Assembly (NCBI GenBank): GCA_905178155.1 | Contig: CAJINV010000005.1 | Location: 984,564 to 1,048,563 of the forward strand | DNA from: Amoebophrya sp. A120 | Taxonomy: Eukaryota > Protista > Dinoflagellata | Length of the DNA stretch: 64,000 nt | Reading direction: 5' to 3' | Shown here: positions 49,544-61,706 of the stretch, piece after piece | How the letters are laid out: every line of letters begins with the position of its first letter | Numbering within the stretch: the stretch's first letter is position 1 | The notes under the pieces: generated by a model | What the model was told of the DNA's origin: nothing | The model's input: the letters and a program-made list of their open reading frames with translations, nothing else | Databases searched by the model: none | Position numbers and translations under genes: made by a program

Positions 49544-52500
49544 ATGGCGGGGGCAGCCACCGAGGAGCGGGTGGACAGCAAGGAGGCCCCGGAGAATGTG
49601 GAGGCCAAGGCCCCGGCCGGCTCGCAGCCGGGGAGCGGGATAAAGATCGACCCGAATTTGCCCTTCGACGACCAGTGGCAGAGCTCCGACCCGGAGATAT
49701 TGCGGTTCGTCCCGCCAGACGTGTCCGAAGAAGCGGATGCCGCCAAGGACCGGTCCGGGCTGCAGAAACCAAAAAACATTTTCGCGCCGAGAAAGATCTC
49801 CCTGGAACTCGGGTTTTTCCGAAGGTTATTCTCCATTCTGAACTCCCGGTTCGGCGATGCGCAGGGCGAATTGTCGACCGCGCACTTCGAGCGGACCATG
49901 TTGCGCATGTTCAAAATCATCGGGTCCACCGGCGAGGAGAGAGAAGGAAAGACGTTCAACGCCGAGGAGTACGACGTGGATGGCAGTGGTATGATGATTT
50001 TTTGCACTACAGACCGATTGTAGAAGTTGTCATGCTGTTTGCCGTATTTTTACAACCTGAAATTTATTCTTGATAGTTGAAACTTGCGATGTTGATGTTC
50101 AGTTTGTGATTCCGATGCGGTTTGCGCGCAGTGCAAATTGGGTGGAATGGTTTTCCACCGATTTGCGATACGGCAACTACATGCCAATCACCCAAAATAA
50201 AACAGGCGCCGTGGGCTGGTGGGAGTTCGTTTCCTGCTGGAAAAGCAATGACTTCCACATCACCTGTACCTGGTCGGAAAGGATCTGGCTGTCGATAGAG
50301 GTATTTCATTAAGGGAAGGATTCTATAAATTTTTGTTGCTAGTAGTTGCAAATTTCTCTTGCCCTTTGTCATGCTTGACTTCCACCTAGTAGGGTTGAAC
50401 AATCTATGGATGAAGATAATGCGAAAGTCAACCGATAATTGCCATACCCACTAAACAGGATTCCTCATCGTGCCGGATCGCTCAGTGGGTGCAGACGACG
50501 GTGATGATCATGATTATCGTTTCCTCCACCTGTTTTATGATTGCCACCCTCCCGGACTTGAAGAAGTCCCCCGGGCAGTGTACCCCCCGGTGCGACAACA
50601 TCGACACCAGCACCGCCTACGAGGAGTTCGAGTGGTGCAAGCGGGAGTGCGAGCCGCAGCAGGCGGACATCTTCTGGACGCTGGAGCTGATTTGCGTGGT
50701 GATCTTCACCGTGGAGTACGGCGTCAGAATATGCTGCTTCCCGTTTGCGCGAGCGGAATTGTTCTCCTCGGATATCCTCCTCGACATGTGCCTCGGAGAT
50801 TTACCCATCGCTTTCCAGTCCTCCAGGCAGCGGCTGTTCAATTTCTTCTTTTCCCCACCGAATCTCGTCGATTTCTTCGCCATCGTGCCCTTCTACTTCG
50901 AGGTGATATTGGAGGGTGTGATGGAAATCCAGGGAACGGCGGTGTTGCGGGTCATCCGGTTGACCAGATATGAAATCCAAAAATGTCTGGGTCTGGAAAC
51001 TTGTGATGCAAGTCAGTCAATAACAAATGCACTGTAATGCGCCGCCAAGCATGACGATGACAAGTTGCCTCGTGCTTGTGTGCTGCGTATTCCGCATGAG
51101 AAACTGCGTTTTTGCATGACAGGCGAGAGAGGCTGTCTGTGTCGTCGAAACCGGAGTCGAAAACCGGAGTAAGAGGGGCCGTCGGACCGGGGAATCGCTT
51201 GCTGGTTAATATGTATGCGTGACAAGCTGGCTGCGTTTTGCATTCGTGGCAGTCCAGGAAAGAGAAAGAACTAGTGAAGCGATCGGATCGACGAGGTGCG
51301 TCAGGGGGCGTCACTCATTCATTCATTCATTCATTCATTCATTCTGTGGCCACACAATACAGATTTAAGGGCCATGCTAGATCAGCATGACAAATCTCGC
51401 AATCTTCCAGACCCAGACATTTTTGCATGTGATACCAGGTTGTTCCGGTTGATGAAGGCCGTGAAGTATTTCGAAACGCTGCAGATCATCGGGCGTGTGC
51501 TGCGGAGAAGTATGCAGGCGTTAACGGTGCTGCTGTTCTACCTAACCCTGTGCGTCTGCTTCTCCGCGTCCTTGCTTTACTTTGCGGAGAGCGGCGACTG
51601 GGATCCAGCACAGGAGGAGTAAAAACTTTTGATTGCTTTGTTCTGTAGCGGTACTAGCGCAAGAAGTCATGACAAGGAAGTGTGTTCGTTGCTGTTGTAC
51701 CACCGAAGATGATCTGCATGACTGAACGTATAACAAAAATAAAACTACTAGAGCTTGTTACTGTCTTCCAAAATCCTTTCCCCAGGTGGATGCGAACCAA
51801 CTGGATCAACAATGGACGCGAGCCTACTCCGTTCAAGTCCATTCCGCATAGTTTCTGGTGGTGCTTCGTGACGTACACGACGGTCGGGTACGGTGATATG
51901 GTGCCGTACTCTTCGCTCGGACAGATGTTCGGTGTCGCAACCATTTTAGTCGGCCTGCTCGTGCTGGCCATGCCCATTTCGGTGTTGTCAAGTAACTTCG
52001 GCGAGGTGTGGCGAGAAAACCAGGAAGAAATGAGATTGCAGGCGAAAAGCGACGAGATTGTATTGCATATTCTATATTATTAACATGAGAAAACATCATT
52101 AGTGACACTTCACCTTATTTCATTCCACTTTTTTGCCTGTAGTGCTGAATTCGATTTGCATGGCGATGGCCTGTCGTATAAAGTGACCGTGATGTCCACG
52201 TATGCAGAAAACAAAAACTATTAATGTCAATCAAGAAAAATGTAAACTAAAACAGGAACGGGAGGCAGTGGAATCTGCGTTGGCCATCAAGGACCCCGCA
52301 GAGCAGCTGAAGAGGGTATTGATCGAGCTCTACGATGAGGACGCACTGGGCGAACGCGACTTCCTGGGCGAGTGCCAGATCGAATACGAGAAAATAGGCC
52401 TCAGTCCGGATTTGTGCGGCGAGATCAAATTCGATACAATAGAGGTATGGGATAAAATTTTCAGAAAATTTCGGATCCTTTTATTCATGAATGACAGCGA

Positions 52501-53612
52501 CGAGGACAGTACAGCCAAAAACAAATTACACTTACGATACGACATTTGTTGACGTGCAAAGAAATAGACGGTCAATTGGTAGATAATTCGCAAGAACCGT
52601 TAGAAATAGAGACTGCAACTCCAATCGCTCAGGCCCCTCTGTGCCCCAACGAGCTGAAGCACACCAACGACAAAGTAGTAGTCCGTGGGAGTGTGAAGTT
52701 GCTCGTTTCCTGGACGCCGTTGCCCTTCGACGAGGACACGGCGACGGCCGCGAAGAAGAAGGACGACGACGCGGACGACCCAACCGAGAAATACAAGAAA
52801 AAGCTGCGCGCAGAGCCGCCAAAGCGAACCCATATCCAGTTCTCCGGCTTAGAACTTTGGCCGGGCTCCTTGACCGTAATCGTCCACAGTGCGACGGAGG
52901 TGGCAGCAGCGGATTTTAGCATCTTCAAAACAGGTATAGCACTTTTTTTGGCCTATTACTTTTCATGCGTAGATTGATTGATATGGATAGTTCCCCGAAG
53001 ACATGAAGTTACGCGAAAAAGAAAATCATCGAAAAAAGAAAATCACCACCTCCACTTACAGGTGGCTCCTCCGACCCGTATGCAACGATAACGGCGTGGA
53101 CCACTCTCCCCGCCCCCACGGGCGCGCTGACCGTGAAGACGTCGAGAACGAAAACCATGTACGCGACCTTGAATCCGGTCTGGAACGCCATGATGGAATT
53201 CGATTACCCATGGCAGACCGCCGAGCACACCAAGGTCAAGCCGAAGCCCGGGGATTTGGACACGAACAACAAAGCTCTCGCCTCCTCGCTCGACCCGGCC
53301 CTCGCCGCGGAGATGCAGCTGGCCAGCAAGGCGGGGCAGATGGGAAACTACCAGTCCCTGAACGAGAAGTTGCTAAAAATGGAGCTAGACGACCAACCAG
53401 ACCCCTACGATAAGCAGGCCTTTGACGCGATCACGGAGCTACGACAAGAATTCCGCGGCGAAATCGACGAGACCAAGCAGATGATCCTAGACCTCATGGA
53501 GCTGATGCGCAAACAGCACAAGCAGCTGGTGAAGGAGCTGGGGCTCAAGAAGGACAAGGAAAAGAACAAGCTTGGGGGGAGCGGAAGCAGTCCCAGCGGG
53601 GCGCCGTCGTGA
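49544..53612 (+). CDS. Voltage-gated K+ channel (6TM) with an N-terminal EF-hand and C-terminal C2 domain(s)
   Basis: EF loop DVDGSGAVGWWE. S3 NLVDFFAIVPFY, S4 VLRVIRLTRLFRLMK, pore SFWWCFVTYTTVGYGD, S6 LAMPISV. C2-like IELYDED..DFLGECQI and LTVIVHSA..SSDPYA..RTKTMYATLNPVWN. Confidence 0.92.
50969..51434. mobile_element. Introner, family A (466 bp including a nested insert), TSD CCAGA/CCAGG, inside the S4 voltage sensor
   Basis: TATGAAATCCAAAAATGTCTGGGTCTGGAA...TTCCAGACCCAGACATTTTTGCATGTGATA. Removal gives IRLTRLFRL. Confidence 0.92.
51125..51344 (+). mobile_element. About 220-bp insert ending in (CATT)7, probable SINE/LINE 3' end nested in an introner
   Basis: Absent from other family A copies. 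Removing it gives about 246 bp, the normal family length. It ends in a simple-repeat tail. Confidence 0.55.
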
Positions 53613-55494
53613 GGATCGAGCAGATGAGCGCGGAAAGTTTTGGATGTTGGGTTGTAGTTGTGTTGGCTTTTTCTTTATGTTGTGCTTTTTTTTTTCATGG
53701 TTATCGAATTATTCATGTTGACACTCAATTATTTCAAATTCAAAGTACGTATGCGAAAATTTATAGTCAGATGAGGTGGCAGAGGTACAACTGCATACGC
53801 GTTAATACTGTGTGCTATCCATCATGTTGAGAGCAGGTTGTGAAGTGCCTTTTTTTTTCCCCGAGAGAAAAGGCAACACGTCTGGCTATGACTGGTGACA
53901 TGGTAGAAATGCGTGAGGTGGTGACTATTAATTTTTTGTTTCTTGCTTTGTTACTTGCTTTAAATTACTTGCTCTTTCGTTTTTCTATTTTTTCATGGCT
54001 TTTTATTGAATTGACACATTTTATTTTTTTTTCAAGCTGCGCTACCGACCGTGCCTACCCGGCATGGCGCGTAGTTGCTTTGTTACACATTTCTTATTGT
54101 TTTTACACGAATATGATTCAATCATCAAAAATTAAAGTCCTGAGGCAAGACACGTCGGCCGCGCATGTGGCCGCCCGCCTATGGTTCTTTATGTCAGTTT
54201 ATTACGAAGATTACAAAAAAGTCCAAGCGCTACTGGAAAGGCGGAAGTAGCGTGTGCAGTGAGCTGTTTATCATTCCCAACTACGACGTTTCCAGGATTT
54301 TTTGAAAGAAAAGTCTCTCGCTACCAAGTAAACACAATGTACTTACGTAAATTATACCAAAAAAAGATGTTGTACCTTTGTATGATCGATCTCTCCACCG
54401 CTTTGTATGATGCAGCAGCCAAAGCTACAATGCGACACGATTCAAAGCATTTTTCGCAGTGCAGAACGCTTTTCAGCAAGACTCGTCGCGTTTTTATTCC
54501 AGGAGCACGAACGGCGTTACACTTAAACTTGAATTCGGGGAACCAACTTGGTGCTTCGCTTCGGATCTTTTTCTGTGCCAAGCGCCGGGGATTGTACTTG
54601 CCGTCAGCATTCCACGTAGCTTTTATTTACGGCCTACCTGTGAACGTGAAAGTGAAAGTGCACGTAATTCCAATTCTAGTACCACCACTGGTCTGGCGAG
54701 TGCGATTCTCGCTCTACTAGCTGCGATGGCAGTTGTGTTGTCTTCTGAAAGTCAATGTTGCGCTACGAAGACATTTATTTGGGTAACGTATTAATTTGAC
54801 CTAGGCCTAAGCGACCATTTTCCACTGGAACTGTAAGGAACGACGAGTCCCGGAGTGAAATTTGCTTCTGTTACTGGAAAGTAAAAGCGGTGGTAGCGAG
54901 CTGCTGTGGAGCCCACGAAGAAGATGAGATAAGAAAATCAAAATTAGTTTACGTAGGACGAGGCTTGAAATCACAACAAAAAAAGTTAGCAAACGCAAAG
55001 CCGAGCACTCCGCTGGTTTTCGAATTTGCGGCATGTTGTCAAATGCTTGGTGTTCTACTGAGGGAATGAAATTCCAAAGGCAAACAGAGGAAAGTTTGTA
55101 ACGATGGGAGCGAAGTGTAGAGGGTAGAATCCAGAAGAGATCTGCACTCAAGGAGCGTCCAAATGTGAAAAATTCTTTGACACCCTAATGTGGCCTTTCA
55201 CCGCGAAGAGAGGGAACACAGCACAACGGTGAAAAGACGTTCTCTTTCCGTCTTTATCATCACCATCATTTCCAATATTCAATTGCGCAGTGACAGTGGG
55301 AAGTAAGAACCTAAAGGCCCCTCAATGCGAAAAAATGTAAAAACATACATCCCTTTCTTGAGTGTATTCTGTGTATCAGATATTCGATATATATCATCGT
55401 CGAAACAAGAACATTATCATTGCGGCCGACACACACAAGAACGGTGTTCTGTCAACTAAGTAGTTAGTTCCAGTTGCACTTTGAAAATCAGAGC

Positions 55495-56150
55495 ATGGCG
55501 CCTCTTTTGGAGAAGCAGGACGCAGCTAGGTGTCCGGTGATGTCGGGGCAGATGCAGGCGCCCGAGGGTGTGCACCTTCCGCCTCTGTCTCACTTTGACG
55601 GTGCGGGCGTCAATGGCGACCCGTCGGACGGGGCGTGTCCGTTTTTGAAAGTTTTGCAGGAGAGAGGTATCATCAATGCAGATACTGTTTACTTGCAACA
55701 ATATAAATATTCGTGATGGACTTCGCAAAGCGGAAGTCCTTCTCGCGTTTTTGTTCTGCAAATCAAGACAATCAAACCAGGCTGCGTGTGCGAAGATGAA
55801 CTGTTAAATCAACATGAACATTATGAGTCTACTTCAAACGTCGTAGTAGACAATAAAAACACTGCTCCTGATCAGGTGAACCACTTCCAGCCGGGATTAC
55901 TTTTCAGCCGGATCCATACTGGGCCAACGTGCAGCGCGATATGGACCGCGAAACCGCAAAGGAAAAGGACGGCGGCATGACGCTAGGGGAGTGCTTCACG
56001 GGTATTTTCAACGGTGCTATTCTCAAGCAACTGTGTGCCGGGGGAACTACGAGCAGTCCAAGCACGGCAGCGATAACCGGGACGGCAGCTCCCGCACCGG
56101 CACAGTCCGACGATGGCTGTAGCAAGGGATGCTGCGGGGACAAGCAATGA
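55495..56150 (+). CDS. Small Cys-rich protein with CP (heme-regulatory-like) motifs
   Basis: Two exons (GT-AG intron 55667-55875). RCPVM, ACPFL and C-terminal GCSKGCCGDKQ. Confidence 0.7.
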
Positions 56151-57025
56151 AAAAAAATCTAAAGCGACCAACGAAAGACAAAGTAAAGCAAAGCATTGCA
56201 GCAGCGACTTTTTGAACGCCGAGTGAACAACTTCATTTCTAGTGTTTCTAACAGAACTACATGGATATACTGTGTTACAGTTAATACCGAAGAAGGAACT
56301 GTGATTAGACCGGCTGCTGTATTGCTGTGCTATTATACACATGATGCCGGACAACAACAAAAACTAACTAGCCAGCCACAGTTTATTTACTTTCTGATTT
56401 CGTGATCTTGTGATTGTGCAGGAAGTTCTTTCCGATATACACCTGAGCTTCGCCTCGTATGATTGATTTACTTACCAGTATCCCCAGCATGTTTCGACTA
56501 GGAAAAAATGTACAAGAGCTGCTTGCAGACGGAAGAATGGCCGGTCGGAGTTGTACTTCTTCGTCTTTCCGCGCTAAGCATTTTGTACGATACGAAATCT
56601 TCAAGTAAAGAAATTGCTGGAGCACCTCGTGCAGCTCCTTCGAATGCAATGGAATGGAAAAATTTCGGGAAGAAAATTATAGCGGGACACCCTGGGCGCA
56701 GTAGTTGCTGGCGCATTGAACATTCTGTGCGACACTGCTTGCGATTTTTGCGTTCGCCCTTTTATGTATTGAAATTTCAGATCTAGAATTTGGTCGAAGA
56801 TGGAGCAGTCCTCTTTTTGAGTATAGTGCAACAGCACCCAACTTCTATCATCTTTCCACGACAAGATTAAGTCACTTTTACATTTTCAGTCTATGTCGAG
56901 GGGCCAGGCACGTGTCAGAAGGTCGTGTCGTCCTTCGTTTTTGTCGTGTCGTCCGTGCAAGTTTGAGTCCTCTGGTGTATTGGTAAATTGCTCGGTTTTG
57001 CATTTTTGACAGGACGCGAAAAACC

Positions 57026-59537
57026 ATGGCCTCCTCCTGGGACAAGATTTGGTTGTTGCTTTTCGTTGCCCTTCTCGTCACCCTGCACCCGCATTTCCGG
57101 GGGCCGCTGAAGACCAGGAAAATTCGGAAAAGAAACGTTTCTTACCAGGAAAGCAAGGAAAGGGCGTTTGGCCATGGCGCCACAACAGCATCGGGGAGGA
57201 ACCATAGGTTCAGCACGACGAGTGCAACGACAACTCCACATCCAGATGAAGTTGGAAACGACAAGGTGCCGGACTCCGGGCCGACGCTCCTCCCTGGGGA
57301 GGAGTCTTTCGGCATGCGGAGCAGCAGTAGGGAGGAGAGGAAAGAAGTAGGAGCGAGTAGCTCTTCTACCGAAGCGAAAAGCAGTGCTTCGAGCACGGGG
57401 CAGACTGCGACGCCTGCGGGTGGCTCCTCCGCTGCACCAGCGACTCGGATGGAGACTGACCACGTGAATATTCAGGAAAACAAGAAGGAAAGCAACACAA
57501 GTTCAGTGCCACCCGAAGGAGCTGCACCACCGGCAGCGAAGTTTCCCACGGCGGTGTCTCCGGAACCAGTGGCTGATATCAATGGGGCCCCCTCCGTGCT
57601 CACGGCGTCGCCATCTTCCATTCTCGGTAGCACGATTGCACAGGATCTGAGCAGCAATCTCGTGAAGACAAATGCTGCTGTTCCACGTGTTCATAGTACA
57701 CCTGATGCCGCCTCCACCAGTGCTGCATCCTCAACAGCGGCCCCTGCAACTGCTCTCTCCTCAGAAAACGCCCCGACCGCACCGCCTGCAGCACTAGCGC
57801 CAGCATCGGAGCAGGCAGCCGAAAAGGCACACAGCCATCCTGCGGAGCATTCTGTCGACATCAGTTCAGCAACCGCGACGACCAGCAGCCTGATGCAAAC
57901 TTCCTCAGCTTCCGACCTACAGGCCTCGATCCTGACCACCCCGCCCCCGGCCACTTCAACGATTCCGCCACCGGTCTACGAGCGGGCGCTCTACGCTAGC
58001 GCGGATGGGGTCTTGAAGGAGGAGCGCTGCGACAACCACTCCGTCGGGCAGGACAAGCAGATTCAGCTTTCCGAGGACCACGACTTGCGCGCGAGCCAGC
58101 ACGTGATCGGCCCGGTATCCTTCGCGCGTACCTCAGTGCACCCGCCCGTGGAGATGACGGTCTACGTGCCCGGCATCGACGACAACTTTGTGTCGTCCGG
58201 CATCATCCGCGACGGGTGTTGGGAGTGCGGACTGGTATCCTTGATCGTCAACGCCGTCACGAAGCACAACCAGGCTTTCTTCCTGGACGCGGGCGCGAAC
58301 CTCGGCATGTACACTCTGACGGTTGCGAAGATGGGGCGCCAGGTGTTCGCGTTCGAGCCGTTTTTCACCACCCGAATACGACTGTGTAAGTCGGTGCAGA
58401 GAAACAATTTGATGCGCAATGTGCACTTATTCCGGAAAGGGTTGTCAAAGACGCCCAACATGAAGTTCGAGTTCCGCGGGATCACGAACAAAAACCCGGG
58501 GGGCGTGTCGATCAATGAAGCGAAAGCGAGGAGTTCGTTCCGCGCGCAAGACGAGGGGGTGACGTGGGCGGAGTCGGTAGGGAGGTTTGTTTTTGTGAAG
58601 TGAAGATAGAATGATGGCGTTTTTTTTCAGAAGCGTGGAACAAGATATGGTGCTTTTGTGCTTTTTCTTTCTGCAAAAACCAAAATGCGCTTTAATATCC
58701 ACAAATTCAGATTCGTCTTGACGACTACGGCGACGTGTTTTCCCACTACGAAATCCCGGAGAGGTCGGATATGGTCATGAAGATGGACATTGAGGGACAC
58801 GAGTGCCAGGCGGTGGAAGGGATGCTGAAGACCATCCAGCGGTTCAGCCTGAAGTTCGTGCTCATGGAATGGGGGCAGATGTACGGCGACGCGGCAAAAA
58901 TGGCCCTGCACCACCTAGACAGATTCTGTCCGAGCATCAAGCAGCTGGTGGACGCCTTTCTGCAGAAAGGTGAAAAGAAACAATTCGGTTTTTTTCCTGG
59001 TTCTGCTGTGACAGAGATTTCTTGAAGATGAAGTTGAAGTCACATAAATGTTCGATGGATGCATGCAGGTGGTAGAGCCCAAAATGATCCAGGGCCGTAA
59101 CAAACATCACGTAAAATTGTTCCAAAGGTCTCGTCCCCTCCACAATCAGCGGGCACCGGCTGAACCCGCAGGTGCCCACGAGGTGGGACGGCGTGGGCGA
59201 CGTCGTCTGGGAACCAGGTGCGCCCTACGTGCCTCCTCCGCAAATCCCGCGGACCGAGTTTCGGCCCCGACCGCAGGCCGTGCCGTTCGGGCAGAACACG
59301 AACCGTCACAGCAGCCCCGACAGCTACGCACGGTATCGGCATAGGACCAACATCTTTGCCGGGTTGGACCACCGACACCCCTCGAACCGACCGCTGAGCA
59401 TGCGGGGGGGAAGACGGCGGCTGCTGGTCGAGGAGGATGGGGTTTCTCCCAGTAGCGAAGCTGTTCTGGACGCTATGAGACAGCACGCACCCGGAACTAC
59501 CTTTGTATGGGAAGCGGGTGGACCAAGCGATGTGTAA
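57026..59537 (+). CDS. FkbM-family (Methyltransf_21) SAM methyltransferase with an N-terminal signal anchor and Ser/Thr/Ala stalk
   Basis: FFLDAGANLGMYTL..VFAFEP, NPGGVS, VMKMDIEGHECQAVEG and VLMEW. N-terminal IWLLLFVALLVTL. Confidence 0.9.
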
Positions 59538-60047
59538 GCAGTCGCTTGATTGAGCCGCACGGCTTGACATACGGAATGACTTTCCACCTCTGCTAGGGAT
59601 GTCGAAAACATTCTGCTGCAAATTGCAAAAATTTTCCTCTCTACTGCCGTTTTGCGAGCAATCACAATTTGCGTGAAAGGCGAATCAGCAGTCGTACGTA
59701 CTGCTTTGCGAAGCCAATTTGAGTGGTTTTGCTGAAAGGAAGTCTGTGCGGTGAACAGAAAATCTCTGCGTCATTGTGACCGCGCCACAGGATGCTGTGG
59801 ACTTCGGCTCCCTGTGGTCCTTCCTGTTCTGGTTCTGGCCGGCTCGGGTGAGAGTATGAATAGCTTTTACTCTGGACGCGTCCTTGATGTTTGTACCCGG
59901 GTCTGATCTGTAGCTCTGGCTCCACGAAAGAACACCAACATGAGTGAAGTGGTTTTTTCATTGCAGGCTCACCGCGGAGGATCGCAGAGCTGCTTGCACA
60001 TGAGCAGTCATGGGTAGGCGTGATAGAACACGTCGCGTCCAATCAAG

Positions 60048-61706
60048 ATGGACCTGCAGTGGGCTTTCCTCGGAGCCCCCTCGTCGTCCTTGCCACGTCG
60101 CTCAAGCGTAGTTTCATCTACAACAGGAAAGCTTACTGCACTGTACTGCGAGCTCTTGCTTCTCGCCGCCTTCCTCGATGGCGCTGTGCCGCTTGCCCGC
60201 GCCGCGAGAGGTCCTCCGCGAAGCGCGCGGACCAGCCGGCAGGACCGGCACGTGATGAGCATCCTCGGAGCGGAATCCGCGATTCGTTTTCACAAGTGGC
60301 ACGATTGGGAACCGGAGAGACACGCCGACGTTTTGACGGATGCTGTGGCCGAAACGACGATCGCGGCAGAACACCCCGCACCTAGAGGTACCATGGATTC
60401 TCAGTACCAAGAAGATCCGCGCTTCGCTATGTCCTTCCGAACGCTGAAGGAGCCCGGGGGGTCGCATCTGCCCGCCCTCCACGCCGCGCTTCGGTACTTG
60501 AAACGGAAAAGGAGAAAAAGGGAACAAACGATGCAGATCCTGGAGCTCGGCGTAGGCGGCTTCTCCACCAAGTACCTGCAGTCGCTCCGGTTTGCAGCCA
60601 GAGTGGTGTCGCTCGAGGGGAACGCTACCTGGGCACGGATGCTCCAGCCATTACCTCCTAAGGGAGAGCACAATTTCACAACTTCGGCAACGGCGAAAAG
60701 TCATAATGCTGACAGCAGAAACACAAGCACAGTTACAGCCGCTGTAACGACCTCTGGTGATACAACATCAACCATCAACCAGCACGAAGTTCGGTGGATC
60801 GGCAGCGGGCCGGACAACTCCACGTGGCGGCCGTCACTGGAAGAGTGGATCGACGCGGCGGTGAATGCGGATCAGCATAAAGTGGCGTTGAATGATAGTT
60901 CTTCTGGTAGTTCTGTCTCTGCAGTAGAGGCAGGTAGTGGCGCACCTGCGAGCTACGAACCGAGCTGGGACCTGTGCTTCGTGGACCAGTACAATTACAC
61001 GGCGAGGCTTCAGTATCCACCAAGAAAAAGAAAGCTGGGTTCTCTCATTGCTGCATGGGCTTGCATAGCAGATGGTCTGGCACAGGAAGGAACTTCTCAG
61101 GAATTATGTGAGGAGAGAGGCTAAGCGTAGGCGTGCAGATTTTGTTGTTGGCATATGAAGACACACCAAATGTACGATGCAAAAAATTCTGCAGAATTCT
61201 CACATAGGAAACAGTATTCTCGCTCCCATATCCGATCCGCTATCGCTCTTCTGCGGCACGACAAATGCAAGCTGCTCGTGATGCACGACACGGACGAAGG
61301 GCACGTGTACCCGTGGGAAGACTCCATGCGGCCTTTGTGCAAACAATACGTCGAGATGTCGCCGCCGATGGACTACCGCCCGATCTACTGGCGGAACGGA
61401 CCAAGGACGCTGTTGTGCGTGCCGTTCGGGACGGTTTCGTCCGATCTTGCAGAGAGAGGCGAGGACGGGAGTTTGTTCTCTGGGAAAGTCAAAGGCGATA
61501 CCGAACCTCCGGCGTTATGTTCGGTCAGCGACGCGATTTTCCAGAATAATCGCACCAATCTGCACGTGCACGTGCGGCTGCCACGACACGCGCCAAACAC
61601 GTTTGCGTTGCTGCATGGGTTTGCGTCCTTTGCCGCTGCAAGAGGGAATTCGAGTGTGTCGTATAGGCTCGCAGTCAGGTACGGGCTCCGAACGGTGTGT
61701 CAATAG
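60048..61706 (+). CDS. Class I SAM-dependent methyltransferase-like protein
   Basis: ILELGVGGFST, RVVSLEGNATW, WDLCFVDQ..AR and LLVMHDT. One intron of about 200-220 bp near 61014-61235 with unclear boundaries. Confidence 0.7.

Noticed and set aside
4803-51622. Recurrent peptides CKYVWVWK / PDPDIFAMH / QKCLGLE / FQTQTFL in many ORFs, suggesting a protein repeat family
   Set aside because: They are translations of the family A TIR in different frames, not protein domains.
53840-55151. Several 110-180 aa ORFs
   Set aside because: AT-rich with non-coding composition and no motifs; treated as intergenic.
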